Shown here: positions 11,571 to 23,252 of the stretch, one piece after another | Layout of the letters: each line of letters starts with the position of its first letter | How positions within the stretch are numbered: position 1 is the first letter of the stretch | NCBI GenBank assembly: GCA_036172245.1 | Contig: JAYWIR010000029.1 | Coordinates: 1,612,001-1,676,000 of the forward strand | Reading direction: 5' to 3' | From: Raillietiella orientalis | Taxonomy: Eukaryota | DNA: 64,000 bases | Made by a program: the position numbers and the translations under genes | The notes under the pieces: model-generated | Database searches by the model: none | Told to the model about the DNA's origin: nothing | The model's input: only the letters and a program-made list of their open reading frames with translations

Positions 11571-13984
11571 CGGTCAAAACCGGGATTCTGGTTTACCAAT
11601 CATGTTTTTTTTTTTTTTTTTCTCTCAACCCATCGGAACATAAATCATTACGCGCATCATGAAGAGGAAAGGGCATCTTTCCCCATTCCGCTCTCGAGTT
11701 TTCGGACCAATTTATGCGTGAAAGGAGTCCCGACCAAACGCAGAAAGTTGCTTCGCGGTCAGCGGTCCGTCTCCCTCAGTTCCCGTGAATCTTCGACGGT
11801 TTCTTCGGGTCTAGGCGAGAGAGAGGGGAGGAAGAGGGACCCGAAAGCCCCGGGATCCGACAGGCGAGCGTTTTCCAGAGTCCAGACAGGTCTTCGAAGG
11901 GCGCGGACGGCCTCCCTCCCGGGTGCGCGCCGAAGAGCCGGATCGAAGAGGCCAAGGATCGAACTGGACCCAACCCGAGCCGAGCTGGGTTTCGCCCACT
12001 CCCTTCGCTTCGTCCCGTCTGGCGGATCGTTTCCAGCATTCCGAGTCGCCGGCTGAGAATTTATGAGCAGCAGCATCCCTCTGGACATTCGGCGCTCAGG
12101 AGCCACTTTCCCAGGTTCCCTTGTGAGGAGAGAGGCAACCCAATTCATCAATAGTTCCTTCATAGGTTGCGCATGAGGATGGATGGCTTGAGGAGCGGAA
12201 GAACGGCTCCCTCCAAACAGGGAGAGATCGAACTGGATGGAGAGGACGACCCAGATGCAACCTCATCAATCAGTGATTCCAGCATGCCCGCGTCGGAGGC
12301 TTTGTGGTTAACGGTGGTCTCCGCGCGTGGTACCATGCGTCGCGGGTTCGAATACTCCGAAATGAATCGACGCAGTGCGTTGCGGGTTCGAGTTCTTCCC
12401 GCAAGATAACTCTGGTCTGCCTCCATTCATTCGGGTGCGGCACTGGTAGCGGTTGAAACCGGATGCCCCTGAGGGCGAGTGGCTGGGACAATGGGAGTCG
12501 ACCTCCTGGTCCTTGCAGGAATCAAGGAATGGAGGGTTTCCCCTCTGGTCGTGCAACGGAGGGCGCACCCCCCCCCCCCTCTCTCTCCTCAGCGTGAGGA
12601 ACCCCTCCTGTTCGTTCAGATGGAGTAGGTGTGTCGTCACCTCTCCAGAGAGTGCAGAGAAGCGATCCGATCCCTTCGGGGAAGCAGCGCCCTTCTGAAT
12701 TTCGGAAACGTCCCTTCGGGGTTCTCATCAGAGGAGTAAACAGGAACGGATCCCTTCCCGAAGAGTCCCTCCGGGGAAGAAATTTCTACTAGAGGATCCT
12801 TTCCGGGTTCCCTCCGTAGAAGAAAACTTGTAGTGGACCCCCGAGGGATTTCTCTGGAGAGAATAAGGCAGGGGTGATTCCCTTCAGGGTTCCCCTTCGC
12901 AGACCCACAGGGTGAAGAGGTTCCCTTCGGGAATCCCTCCCCAGGCGTGAGAGGAGCGGATTCCAAGTCCCTTCCTGGATTCATAGAGCGAACCCTTGCA
13001 AGGGCACCCCCTATTTTGAAGAATTGCGTGCACTCTCGGGTGGCGTGGAACGACGTGAAAGAGATGCGAGTGCGCAGCACCGAAAACGGTCCAGGGAGGA
13101 GAGGGATTTTCGGACTCGACGGAGGGAAAGAGGGTGAGGAGCCGTAGACCGCTTGCTGCATCCCTCCCCCTCCTGCCGGCAACGTGCTCGTCCCGTTCGG
13201 AAGAGCATGCCGCCGGCAGTTGCGGCAATCACGCTGGGATCGTTCCCCGGCGAGGTCAGGCGAGAGGCTGGAAAAAAAAAAAACATGGCGTTCCCATGAG
13301 GTCGGTCACGCTTACCAAACTGCCAGCTCCATCAGGAGGAAGTCTCGAATTAATCGCCGGATCCGTTCCTTGAATCATTTTTCACAGGAGGGATCCCGTG
13401 ACGGGAAGATGCCAAAGGGAGAAGATATTCGTTTCCGGAATTCACGGCCACGGAAACCATCAGAGCTCCTTTGATTTCCTCCTCCTATATGCGAAGAGGA
13501 CGTCACATCGGACCTTCACTCCCAACCCGGAGGAGAAGCCAAGCGGTGCCGCCCTCTCCATACCCGGATCTCCGGGAAAGGGGTTATGCATCCTCCGCTT
13601 GGCGCTTACTTCACCGCGCTGCTTGCTTCCTCCGCCCACGAGCTGCCCTCGGAAAGATTGGCGGACTCTCCCTCGAAGAACGGTTTCTTTCCAGCCTCTC
13701 GAGAAGACTCCGGACTTAAAGAGGAGGGGCCGAGGAGCGAAGAAAGTACGAAGCGCTGCGCTGACGGAAGCTCGGGGAGGGGAGGGGAGGATATCATCGA
13801 TGCCCGGGAGACGGTGAGGAGCCATGAGTTTGGTCGGGACGCCTTCCTCGCATAAATTGGTCCGGAAACTCGAGAGGAAAGATGCCCTTTCCTCCTCATG
13901 ATGCGCGTAATGATTTATGTCCCGTTGGGTTGAGAGAGAGAGAAAAAAAACGTGATTGGTAAACCAGAATCCTGGTTTTGACCG
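11571..13984. mobile_element. 2.4 kb element bounded by ~165 bp inverted repeats (DIRS-terminus-like), containing DIRS RNase H remnants and SINE copy C
   Basis: 11567-11740 aligns closely by eye to the reverse complement of 13828-13988 (one 9 bp indel plus scattered substitutions). Internal minus-strand motifs are ASDAG..LE..AGNDPPD (11990-12310) and FPGD..CDVLFA (13460-13760). Confidence 0.75.
12325..13065 (+). mobile_element. tRNA-headed SINE-like repeat, copy C (about six internal ~40 bp subrepeats)
   Basis: GGGTTCGAATAC...GGGTTCGAGTTC...CAGGAATCAAGG...CCCTTCCTGGATTCATAG...GGGTGGCGTGG; lies inside the 11571-13984 inverted-repeat element. Confidence 0.8.
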
Positions 13985-14039
13985 CAGCATCCGGGAAGGG
14001 CCGGGGTAGAGCTTTGGTTTAGTCCCGATGGCCCACAGA

Positions 14040-14330
14040 CGAAACACTACGAAATGTGGTACTGTGCTCTTAGATGCCCGGAGGAGAAGGAGGCTCTGTT
14101 TTCCAGTTTCATCAGATTGCGACTCGTCAGACATAGGAGCAGAGATCACTCTCTCAGGCTCCAGAGCTCCAGGCCCGTGTTCGGGGCTGCCCTGATTTTC
14201 TCCCATTGGTCTCTGTGGAAAAATCAGAGTGGAAGGAGCATCCCTGCTGAACTGGCCGGACACTGTTGGGAGACACCTCGGGAAGTCGACACGAATTCAA
14301 GGCGGTCCAGAGGGCTTTCCGGAGAAAGAG
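14040..14330 (+). mobile_element. DIRS-like tyrosine recombinase remnant
   Basis: LRCP..ALF...SRPVFGAALIFSHW..AG..TNSRRS; weak direct nucleotide similarity to 11230-11400, which is followed by TPSKLRS..PEDIL. Confidence 0.35.
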
Positions 14331-15504
14331 GAAGATCCCTCTTGATCTGAACCCTCGAACTGCACGGAAGGGGGAAAAGGAAGTGGAACTTGGAGACTGT
14401 GTTCGAGCCGCTGGTGCGAGTGGTCATCAAGTGCGTGTCACCTACCGCTTACCGATGTTCGCCCTCGGAGGCTCGCGGGTTCACGGTCACAGCATGCTGG
14501 CGGAGGACCGGTGGGAGAGGAAGAGGCACAGGCGTGTCTCTGCTCCGCGCGACAAGCGGAAGGCAGGCGCACAACCCCCTCGCCTGAGGAGGGAGCACCG
14601 GGAAGATGCATCTCTCGGCCGCCTCCTCCTTCGCTGAGCCCGACCCCTTCGCGGAAAGGAATCTCTGCTTCCGGTGGGGAGGAAAGGTGGCCTTCCTGAG
14701 AGGGGAATGAGCCAGTGCCGACCGGGTGCCTCCCGACTTCCAGGCGCACCTGTGAGGTTCGCCGGGGTGATGCGAAAAAAGGAGGAAAGAGAGGAGAGGC
14801 GGGAAGAGAATTTTTTGAGAGTTCCTGCCTCCAAGCGAAGGGGGAGATTCGCCCCGCAGTTCCCTGCCATCCTCCTCGTGGCTCTCTCGACAACTTCCGG
14901 TAATTTCCCGACCCGCAAGCTGTACGCAAGCCGACCGGATCTTCGGGAAGCTGGAAGGTCGCTCTCCATGCCGATTTACCGAGAGGGACCTCTGAACCAA
15001 CGGAAGCAAACTCGCTTCTCCAAAAGCCCTGGTTGCGGACATCGACAGGGGAGCGATTCGCATGCGGTCAGCGAGGCAGGAAGACAAAATGGAGGAGGAG
15101 GACGTGCGATGGATCGAGGAGGCTCCAGCAGCCGTCTTGCCGAAGTCCGGGGGCGGTCGGTCATTCCGGACGACGAAGAAGCAGCGCCTCTCTCTCGTAG
15201 GCCGTCCTGTGGGCGAGCCTGTGTGTGGCCCACAGGACGGCCAGAAGCGATTACCACCACGCCCAGCCACACCATCACAGAAGGACGCGGGGCAGGCGCT
15301 CCTCAATGACGGCGGTTTCCAGAAGGGATGAGATCGCTTTCGGCTCGCGGCTTTCCCGCGTTTCATTCAGAAAAATGGAATCGTGGGGCGTCTATGGATC
15401 CACTGTGAATGGGTTCCTGGCGAATGCAATGTGGTCTGGTTGCCACCAATGGCTACACCATCACACTCCAGAAGAGAGTCCTTTTCGCATCCTCGAAGCG
15501 TGCA

Positions 15505-15915
15505 GTGTATGCAGGAATCTTCATTATGTACATATTCAGTGGTACCTCGGTACTCGACGGTGTCGGAACTCGTCAAACTTAGCACTCGTCGCCTTCTGAC
15601 GAGAAAAAAAAAATGTTTCGACGCTCGGCACATGCTCGGAACTCGACATCCCACTCCTGACGAGGCAAGCATTCGCCTCATGGTAGCTCGCGAACAGTGC
15701 CAAGCACTTCCATAGAGTGCCTCCCGGATGGTTCCTTTTTCTCTTGTGCTTTCTGTGCATTTAAGGCGTTAATCATGGGTCCTAAAATGCATGAAAATGA
15801 TACCACGAAGGCTGGGAAGGAACTCGTTCGGTACTCGTTACGAGTTTCAGAACGAATTACCGACGAGTACCGAGGTACAACTATATATAATAAAGATTCC
15901 TCATATGTATATACA
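15505..15915. repeat. Inverted repeat pair (~75 bp arms)
   Basis: AGGAATCTTCATTAT...GTACCTCGGTACTCG (15513-15556) pairs with CGAGTACCGAGGTAC...ATAATAAAGATTCCT (15864-15901). Confidence 0.8.
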
Positions 15916-16370
15916 AATATATATATAATAAAGGATGTATCATATCTATATAAATATATATATAATAAAGATTTTTCATGTCCTCTACGTCTTATTATAT
16001 TTATATATATATATTTATTATGTGTATAATAAAGATTTACACATATTTATATAAATATTTCTTCACATTCTCTGAGCCTTATCATATATATATATATATA
16101 GTAAAGATTTCCTTGCATATATATGCATACATAATGAAGATTTCCTCACATACATATACATACATAATAAAATTTTCCTCATATATATCTAAGTATATAT
16201 GTATACAGATTTCTATGCGTTCTTATATTTATATCTGCATATTAATTATATATATATAATAAGTATTTCATCGTACATATATGTGCATAATAAAGATTTC
16301 TTCATGCAGATACATAATAGGGATTGCCTTATATTGTACATGCGCACACAGTTGCACACGTATGCAAAGA
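15883..16370 (+). repeat. AT-rich degenerate minisatellite (~35 bp unit, core TATATAATAAAGATTTCCTCATA)
   Basis: ATAATAAAGATT-like core recurs roughly a dozen times; sharp AT-rich island in GC-rich surroundings; (TA)n at 16469-16492. Confidence 0.9.
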
Positions 16371-17342
16371 TCTTATGTCTGCAATAAACAATCGCATGCA
16401 TCACACATATGCATATTTACGAATGCTATTTTTAATATTCATGGGAGCAAAGGGGTACATACGTATGTGTATATATATATATATATATATATACATGCAT
16501 ACCTGTGTACCCATTTGCGCACATATTTATGCGTAAATAATGATGGTATAAATGTATGTCGATGTAGATGGATGGATAGGTAAGCTGTAGGTGTTCGTAC
16601 GCACGCGGTTATTCGAGTCGTCAGAGGGGAGGAAGGACCACGTGTTTGGGGTGAAGAGAGTTGACAGCACATACCGCTTGACTTCACCACCTACTGTCCG
16701 TTTCATTTGCCCCCTCCATAAACAAATGCTCCTGTTCCTTCCTGATTTACTCCGGGAGAAGTGGATCCAGAAGTGCACCGTCCCGGAGCTGTCTGAGGAT
16801 CTCAGGGAGGGGAGAACCTGTCTGGAGTCGAATGGGCAAAGCGCACGAGTGCTCTTGTCAGGAATCCCAGTTATGTGTTTGACTTTTCCGCCGAAGATAA
16901 GTAGGCGGAAAAGCACGGGAGGCAACGGAAGCACTGCCTGCGTGCACACTTGTGCTTACTTCTTCATCGCAGCTTCATTCGAAGAATACGGTTTGTGATT
17001 CTCCAGTGTGTGAGTCACCACAGTAACGAGTTTTTTTTTTTTTTTAATTATATCGCTCTTTCTCAGAGAATGAAACCTCGTTCGTTGATGCCAAGCTATG
17101 GAAGAGAGTCTGCTTTGTGCAGTGCGATCTGTGAGGGGAGAGCCTTGGTTTTCGGCAGCTCGCAGTGAGCCTCACGCCGCCTTCCTCCATTCTCTCTCCT
17201 CCTACGCCTCCTCCTCTTGCGTTTTCCCAGAGTCTTGCTCTTGCGTTCTTCCTGCTGCCACTGCCTGCCCTGCAGGTGGCTCGGGAAAGAAGACGAGAGC
17301 CGAAAGCTCAAATGAGCCAGCGTGTCCACGATTTTGCGTCGT

Positions 17343-19390
17343 CTACTCGTGCACGTGCAATCGCCGCCACACTGGGCCCAGAGCGATCTTGGCCGCAGTG
17401 ACGTAGCTGCACGTCGGCGTCCTGTCACGAGGCACAGGTTCCTTCTTGCTCCCGAATGGGGACTCCTCGTACAAAGGGCCCCACGGGCCGCATGCGACGC
17501 GTTGCCTGCCTGCGGGGGGCCACCTCCGCGCGAAAAGTCGACTTCCAGAGCTCGCACTTGCCGCCCACATGGCAACCAAGAGCCCCCAGCCCGGCTCCCC
17601 CTCAGCAACGCTGCGTGCATCGCGCACGAAGGGGGGTGAGGAGGGGAGCCGCAAACGGCAGGCACCCCATGCGTCACCGTTACGTAGCTCTCGCTCGCGC
17701 CTCACGCGGCCTCCGACGCAACCACCCGTATCGAGGGCTCGCTGCCGCCGCACGCGACGCGCGCTTTTCAAGGACTCCGTGCAGCGGGTAGCGAAAGGTG
17801 TGCGCAGCAGATGTGCGTGGGAACATGTTTCTGCCGGCCGTGGCATTCTTGGACGCATCCCGCGGGAGCCCCCCCCCCCCCCGGTTCCTCCGCGTGCCGA
17901 CGCCGGCAACTCCTTCCTCTCCTGCCGGCTGCGGAGGAACACCTGCTCCCGCCCTCGCGTAAGGCATTCCCCTCTCTCCCTGCGTTTCCCTTCGGCGCCA
18001 GGCGGAAGGCCGCCATTCGCGCGCGTGCTCTCGGCTGGTTCGCCCCCAGGTCCGAAGGCTTCCTGTCCAGCGGATTGACCTATCCCTCCGCGCCCCCTTG
18101 ACCCGACCTCTCACCCCGATCCCTTTCCCAGAGGGCGAACCTGTGGCGCCTCCCCTTTCCCCCGCCGAGCTCGCCAACTCCGTCGCCCAACCTGCTCGCG
18201 CGCGCAGTTGAGCGGGCGATGGATTGGCTCCCGGCGGACCGCTAGCATCCCGGATGGATGCAGCGCTCATCTCCCGCTGATGGCTCCCCTTCCTTCCTCT
18301 CCGGCGGAAAAGGGGGATGACGGCGACCCTCGGCCTTCTCGTTTCCCAGCAGGGAGAACCACGGTGCCTCGCCCCTTCTGACCCCTCCCACGCGAAGCCT
18401 GCCCGGCGACACGCCCACTCGGCGGAAGGAGGAGACAGATGCGCGCCCCGATGCAACCAAAAGATGAAACGGCGCCCTTCCTGGGAGCCCTCCGCGACAG
18501 AGATAAAAATCTCTAGTCTCCGCAACCGGTTCCGGTGCGCGCGCGGATCTCGGGCTTTCGCTGTCGGAGTGGCGGCAGGACAGAGGCGGGCGCCCCGCCG
18601 CCCCCCTTCCTCGCCGTCTCGCAGGAGATTGCGCGGATCCCAGCGCCCGAGGCGACAGACAACTCCCCTTTCCTCCTCCCCCCCTCGCGTCCTCCCCGGA
18701 AGGGACCCCTTCCCTCCCCTCCCTCCTCAGGAGAGGGAGGACGCCGGTGCTCGCGAAGCACCACCCGGCCTCTTTCGTGAGCACTGCCGCCGCCGCGAGC
18801 AGCCTGCCAGGTCAGGACGTCATGGCTCAGGTCAGAAGCTCCCGCCACCTTCCTTCCGGAGGATGCGGAGAAATCATCAAGGAAGGCGGGACTCCGTCCG
18901 GCGCTGGCGGATCAGCGCCGTAGTCCTGGGCGCTTCCCTCCCCTGTCCACGATCCCACACCGCACGAGCCGGCAGGCCACGACTCGCGCCCTGGCGACCG
19001 GCGAGTGACGCCAGCGGTGAAGGCCCCCCGTGCGATGGTCGCGGAATTTCCTCAGCACCTCCGGTCAGGAGCGGCTCGCGGCGCGGACGCAGGGAATTCC
19101 CACCGCCACGCGCGCACAGCAGCTGCCGGCTCGATCTGCTGTCGAGTCGCCGACGGGATGGTCATCCCCGCGGAGCTCTCGCCTCGCGCGCGGTAACCAG
19201 GGCGCCTGGAAGGGATCCGGCATTCCACGTTCAGCTCTCCCCACGCTCGTCTCCGGAGCTCACAGAACCTGCGTACACAGCGACTCCACCACGGCCGTGA
19301 CAGTGACCTTTCTGTTGATGATGCCGTGCATGATGCCTCCAAGCACGACTGTGACCTCCCTGCTGCTACAGTGGGCCGGTTCACCTCGCG
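17343..19390 (-). mobile_element. Possible older, interrupted RLE-type non-LTR retrotransposon remnant
   Basis: Cross-frame motifs SHDVL / KEAGW / VVLREH (18740-18830) and RNGDAW / GKCELW / VACGPWGPLYEES / ALGPVWRR (17343-17690) resemble the RLE C-terminus; an A15 run lies downstream on this strand (17031-17045). Confidence 0.3.
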
Positions 19391-19427
19391 AGGTGGAGAG
19401 CAGGGTTAATGAGATCTGGGGGAGATC

Positions 19428-21250
19428 GCGTTGGCAGCTGTGTGGCTGCAGCTGCTGCCACGCACAGCGACGCACGTAGCGGGTTCGAATCTCGCTCGGA
19501 TAAGGGGAGACTCCGAGAAATGGGTGCGCCGTGCGTTCGAATTCCCCCCGCAAGATGACTCTGGTTGACTTGTAAGCTGGATGCCCTTGTTGACTGGCCG
19601 GGATTGGAAGTGGACCCTACGGGGTCCCTTCCAGGAATCGAGAAGCCCTCCGGGGCTGTTCCCTTCCGGTTGCGAAAAGGGAGGAGCACCGTGGAGCTGG
19701 TTCACACACACCTTCGGGGGGTTGCCTCTTCAGAGTGTGAAGAAGCGCGCTACTTCCTTCGGGGAGCGCCCTTCGGAGAAATTGGGAAGCGTCCCTTTGG
19801 GGGTTCTCTTCAGAGGAGGAAACAAAGAGCCGATCTTTTCCGGGTGTCCCTCCGGAGAGAACAAGGAAGAGGTTCCCTTCGGAGACAACCAGGGCGGAGG
19901 GTTCACTTCGGGGTTCCTCCTAAGTGGTTCCGTTGTCCAGCTGCGGACTGGAGCTCCGGCTGGTGGCCAAGCTGACCAGGACCAACAACTGGATCCTCTG
20001 TCGACCCGCGAACGGTAGTGCCTGGTTGCAAGAAACCGTTCGCACGCGGGTCAAGAACAACGAAGCGAGCCCGGAGATGCGGTTGCGACTGCTGCACTCC
20101 TGCAACAACCGCTCGCTGCAGGACGTCATCGTGCAGTCCACCACGCGTGCGTAGGCAGAAAGGACCTCCCTAGCTGCGGCACTGACCTCCCTCAGAAAGC
20201 ACCTGGACAGTAACCAGCTAGCCAAATGGGAGATAAGTTGCAAAGTCAGTCAGAAGACGAGGGAACAAGGTGGTTGGACCACGGGCCAGCTCACGAACGC
20301 GGCGATCCCAAGTGTCCCACCGAATTGCGCTGGGGTGAGCTGCTGGGAATCCCGCAGGAAGGTCTCGGGTGGCAGGCACAGCGCTGAAGAACAACCGGGC
20401 TCTCCCCTTAAGTGGCAGGAATCGGCACTTCTGCTGTTGCACTGGGGTCTCCCGTGCAACGTCCGCCGGTCTCACTGGACCCGAGGGCTGTGGACCCGAA
20501 CCGTTGCAGGTGCGGGGAACGGAAATCTCAGCTCTCGCACCTGCTTGTAGACTGTGTTGTTCTCTGGCCCCTCTGGCTGCGTTACTGCAACAGCCCTTGG
20601 TGCACCGGCGGACAATCCCAGGGACGTGACGAAGCACTTCTTCGTGTGCGATGCTCTCTTTCCTGCAGCATCCCCAGCAGCTCTTTGCTGCTGCCTACGC
20701 GGGATTGTGGCGGCCTGGAGCTACGCTAGACGAGGACGGCAGCAAGAGGGCCCCACCTGGGACACACTCGGATGGAACTTGCCGGCATCCTGGAAAGGAT
20801 GCAGAAGACACCCTCCCGCACCCGGTGATCCCTTCCCTAGCCATCCCATTTGTTTTTGTTTATATTTTTTTGGTTTTATTTTTATTTGTCCCTTCCTCCT
20901 CTGCCGAGGCGAACCTCGCCGGCCTGCGTGCCGGTTACTCGGAAGGTCCCGAACATTTTCGGACAATCTAGGGATGATGACCCTACACATGTATGTTTAT
21001 TATTATTTATAATAAACGCCCCGGCGTTACCCGGTGATAAATCCAAGAGTGAGAGGAACGGGCTGCTTCCTCCAGAGCCTTCCTGGGTTCATAGGGTGGT
21101 TCCCTCCCTGGTTACCCCCTATTACCTGAAGAGTCCCGGGTGGCGCGCACAACGTCAAAGAATTTCGTGAGCCCCTCCTAAGGAGGCGTACAGATCTCCA
21201 GCACTTGGCGAACCAAAAAAGGAAAACAGCTGGGAGGAAAGCAGCGGAAC
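19428..21250 (+). mobile_element. tRNA-headed SINE-like repeat, copy D, interrupted by a 1.1 kb insertion
   Basis: The 5' part (19428-19924) and 3' part (21042-21250) join to match copy E (GGGTTCCCTCCCAAGAGTGA). Confidence 0.8.
19925..21041 (+). mobile_element. 5'-truncated, decayed R2-like (RLE-type) non-LTR retrotransposon
   Basis: LRLLHS, REQG, ALLLLHWGLPC, then a CCHC knuckle NRCRCGERKSQLSHLLVDC (20499-20555), an RH-like LRYCN, an AT-rich 3' UTR with AATAAA at 21011, and an imperfect flanking duplication TCC(T)AAG. Confidence 0.55.
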
Positions 21251-22412
21251 AGAAGAACCCCGAAGGGTTCTCCGTGTTGCTCGATTTCTATGGAAACTTG
21301 GCTTGTAATAAGCAAAGGTGTCCCATTGCATTCGATGGAGCTGGTGAAAACCTCTCTCTGCGCAGAAGGATTCTCCGTCTCCTCATCTTTCATGTTGCCT
21401 TGGGAGATGCCTGCGAATCCTTTAGCCCCCTTCGAGACAGCCCGATAACGTCTCTTCGCAGCGATCCAACTGCCTACTTGGGCGGCACGATGCCTCCCGC
21501 CGCCCGATGCTGCAGGCAGACTTGCTGGCTGAAAGCTCCTGACCTCGTTAAGGTCACCCTGTGAGACTTGGAAGTACAAAGGAACGGTGGTCAGCTTGCC
21601 TGCTTCTTACGGCCACAGTAGCCGCGCCGGCTCATTCGAACAGACGCGAGCCGAGAGCTGAAGGGAAGGGAGAGATGACTGACCAACCTTCTCGTCCAGT
21701 GCGATGCGCGCAGAGATCGAACCGTCGGAAGCTGAAGGGATGCTCGCTCCGAGAAGAGGCAGTCAGTCCAGAGCACAGGAGCCGCGATTTTCTCACGAGA
21801 TTAACATCGGAGCCGGAGAGTTCTTGTTAATTCGCGCGAGGAATCGTCATGTGCGAGGAACGAGCTTTAGAAGGTCTCACCAGAAACGTGGAGGCGCGAC
21901 AGGACCTTGGATGATGACCTCGTTTGCTCGCTCGATGTTCTCCTATGGGAGCCCCCAAGCGCAGTGGGTCCGAACGTGACCGAAGCGCCGCCTCTCGGCC
22001 ATCGAGGAACGCCGCGTTCCACCAGGTGTGCGCAGCGCGGGATGTAGACAAACACGGAAATCATCAGCGTCCCGATCCTGAAACGTGAACGCCGTGAGCA
22101 CGAGGAGGAGAAGACAGGCTGTGAAGGGTCATGCATCCAACCCTGCCTTTGCCGATCGAAACCAAGTCAAAGCAAACCGAGTTGAAGCGTTGAGCAAACA
22201 GATTTAACTCCGCTCGACTTAACTTCTCTACGAAACGCATCAAACGGAATCTTTTGAGGTCATGAGCTCTTCTCCGTTCTGCATTCAGATGACCCTCACT
22301 GTTGCACAAGAAGTGCTCCCTGCGTGGAATGACGCCAATCCTTTTCCAGCTCACTCACTCCCAACAAAATGTAGGATTCTGCATGCAGAGAGTATATGTG
22401 AATCTGCACATG

Positions 22413-23252
22413 CGAGGCTCATCTCAAAAGCAATGGCCGATCGGATATAAGGAAAGAACAAATAAGAAAGACAAAAATGTATTGGTGGTTCCAAACACGT
22501 GCATCATCCCACGTCATTCTTCTACGCACTCACCATTTTCTTCGAAACTCTTCTGATCCCGTGGAAGAAGCTTTTCGAAACCCTCTGCATCAAACTCCTC
22601 AGCCTGGGAGTTCAGTCAGTTCAGCATCAGTGCAGCTTCCAACTCCTCTTTTTCTCCCTCGATCGTTGAGCCACTTCTTGAGGTGCAGGAAAGAAGACGT
22701 GGTAGTCACTGGGCGCGAGGTCAGGACTGTAAGGTGGGTGGTCAAAAAAGCTCCCACTTGAATTTCTGAATTGTCTGGATGGCATGTGCTGCCAAGGAGC
22801 GCGTTGTGTGATGGAGAAGGACAATTCTATTTTAGACATTAGACATTTTAGACAATTCGGAAAATGTGCGGACGGCATGTGTTGCCAAGGCGCGCGTTGT
22901 CGTGAAGGAGAGCAATTCCTGATCTCAGCTTTTCACGTCGTCGGTTCCTTCCGAATGGCACGCCGCAGTGTTGAAAGTGTTTCTACACAGTAGACTTGCG
23001 AAGTGGTGGTCGTTCCAGGCTCCATAAAGTCTACCAAATTCACACTCTTTTGACCCCACACACTGCTGTCCGCACGTTCCAGACAATTCAGAAATTCTTC
23101 TTCCACGGGATCAGAAGAGTTTGGAAGAAAATGGTGAGTGCGTAGAACAATGACACGGAGATGAATGTGTTTCGAACCACCAACTCATTTTTGTTTCTCT
23201 CATTTGTTCTTTCTTTATATCCGATCCGCCCTTACTTTTGAAATGCGCCTCG
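22413..23252 (-). mobile_element. Mariner (DD34D)-derived non-autonomous element with ~160 bp inverted arms
   Basis: Minus-strand transposase pieces VDFMEPGTT..LRRAI..LLHDNAR, FDHPPYSPDLAPSDYH and C-terminal GFEKLLPRDQKSFEENGECVEE; 22413-22570 is the reverse complement of ~23092-23252; termini CGAGG...CCTCG. Confidence 0.85.

Noticed and set aside
12700..12960. CRISPR-like periodic ~40 bp repeats
   Set aside because: Degenerate tandem units without unique spacers, inside a eukaryotic SINE-like repeat, with no cas genes
15594..15700. Hammerhead ribozyme-like CTGACGA / GAAA motifs
   Set aside because: No stems I-III could be formed around the core on either strand
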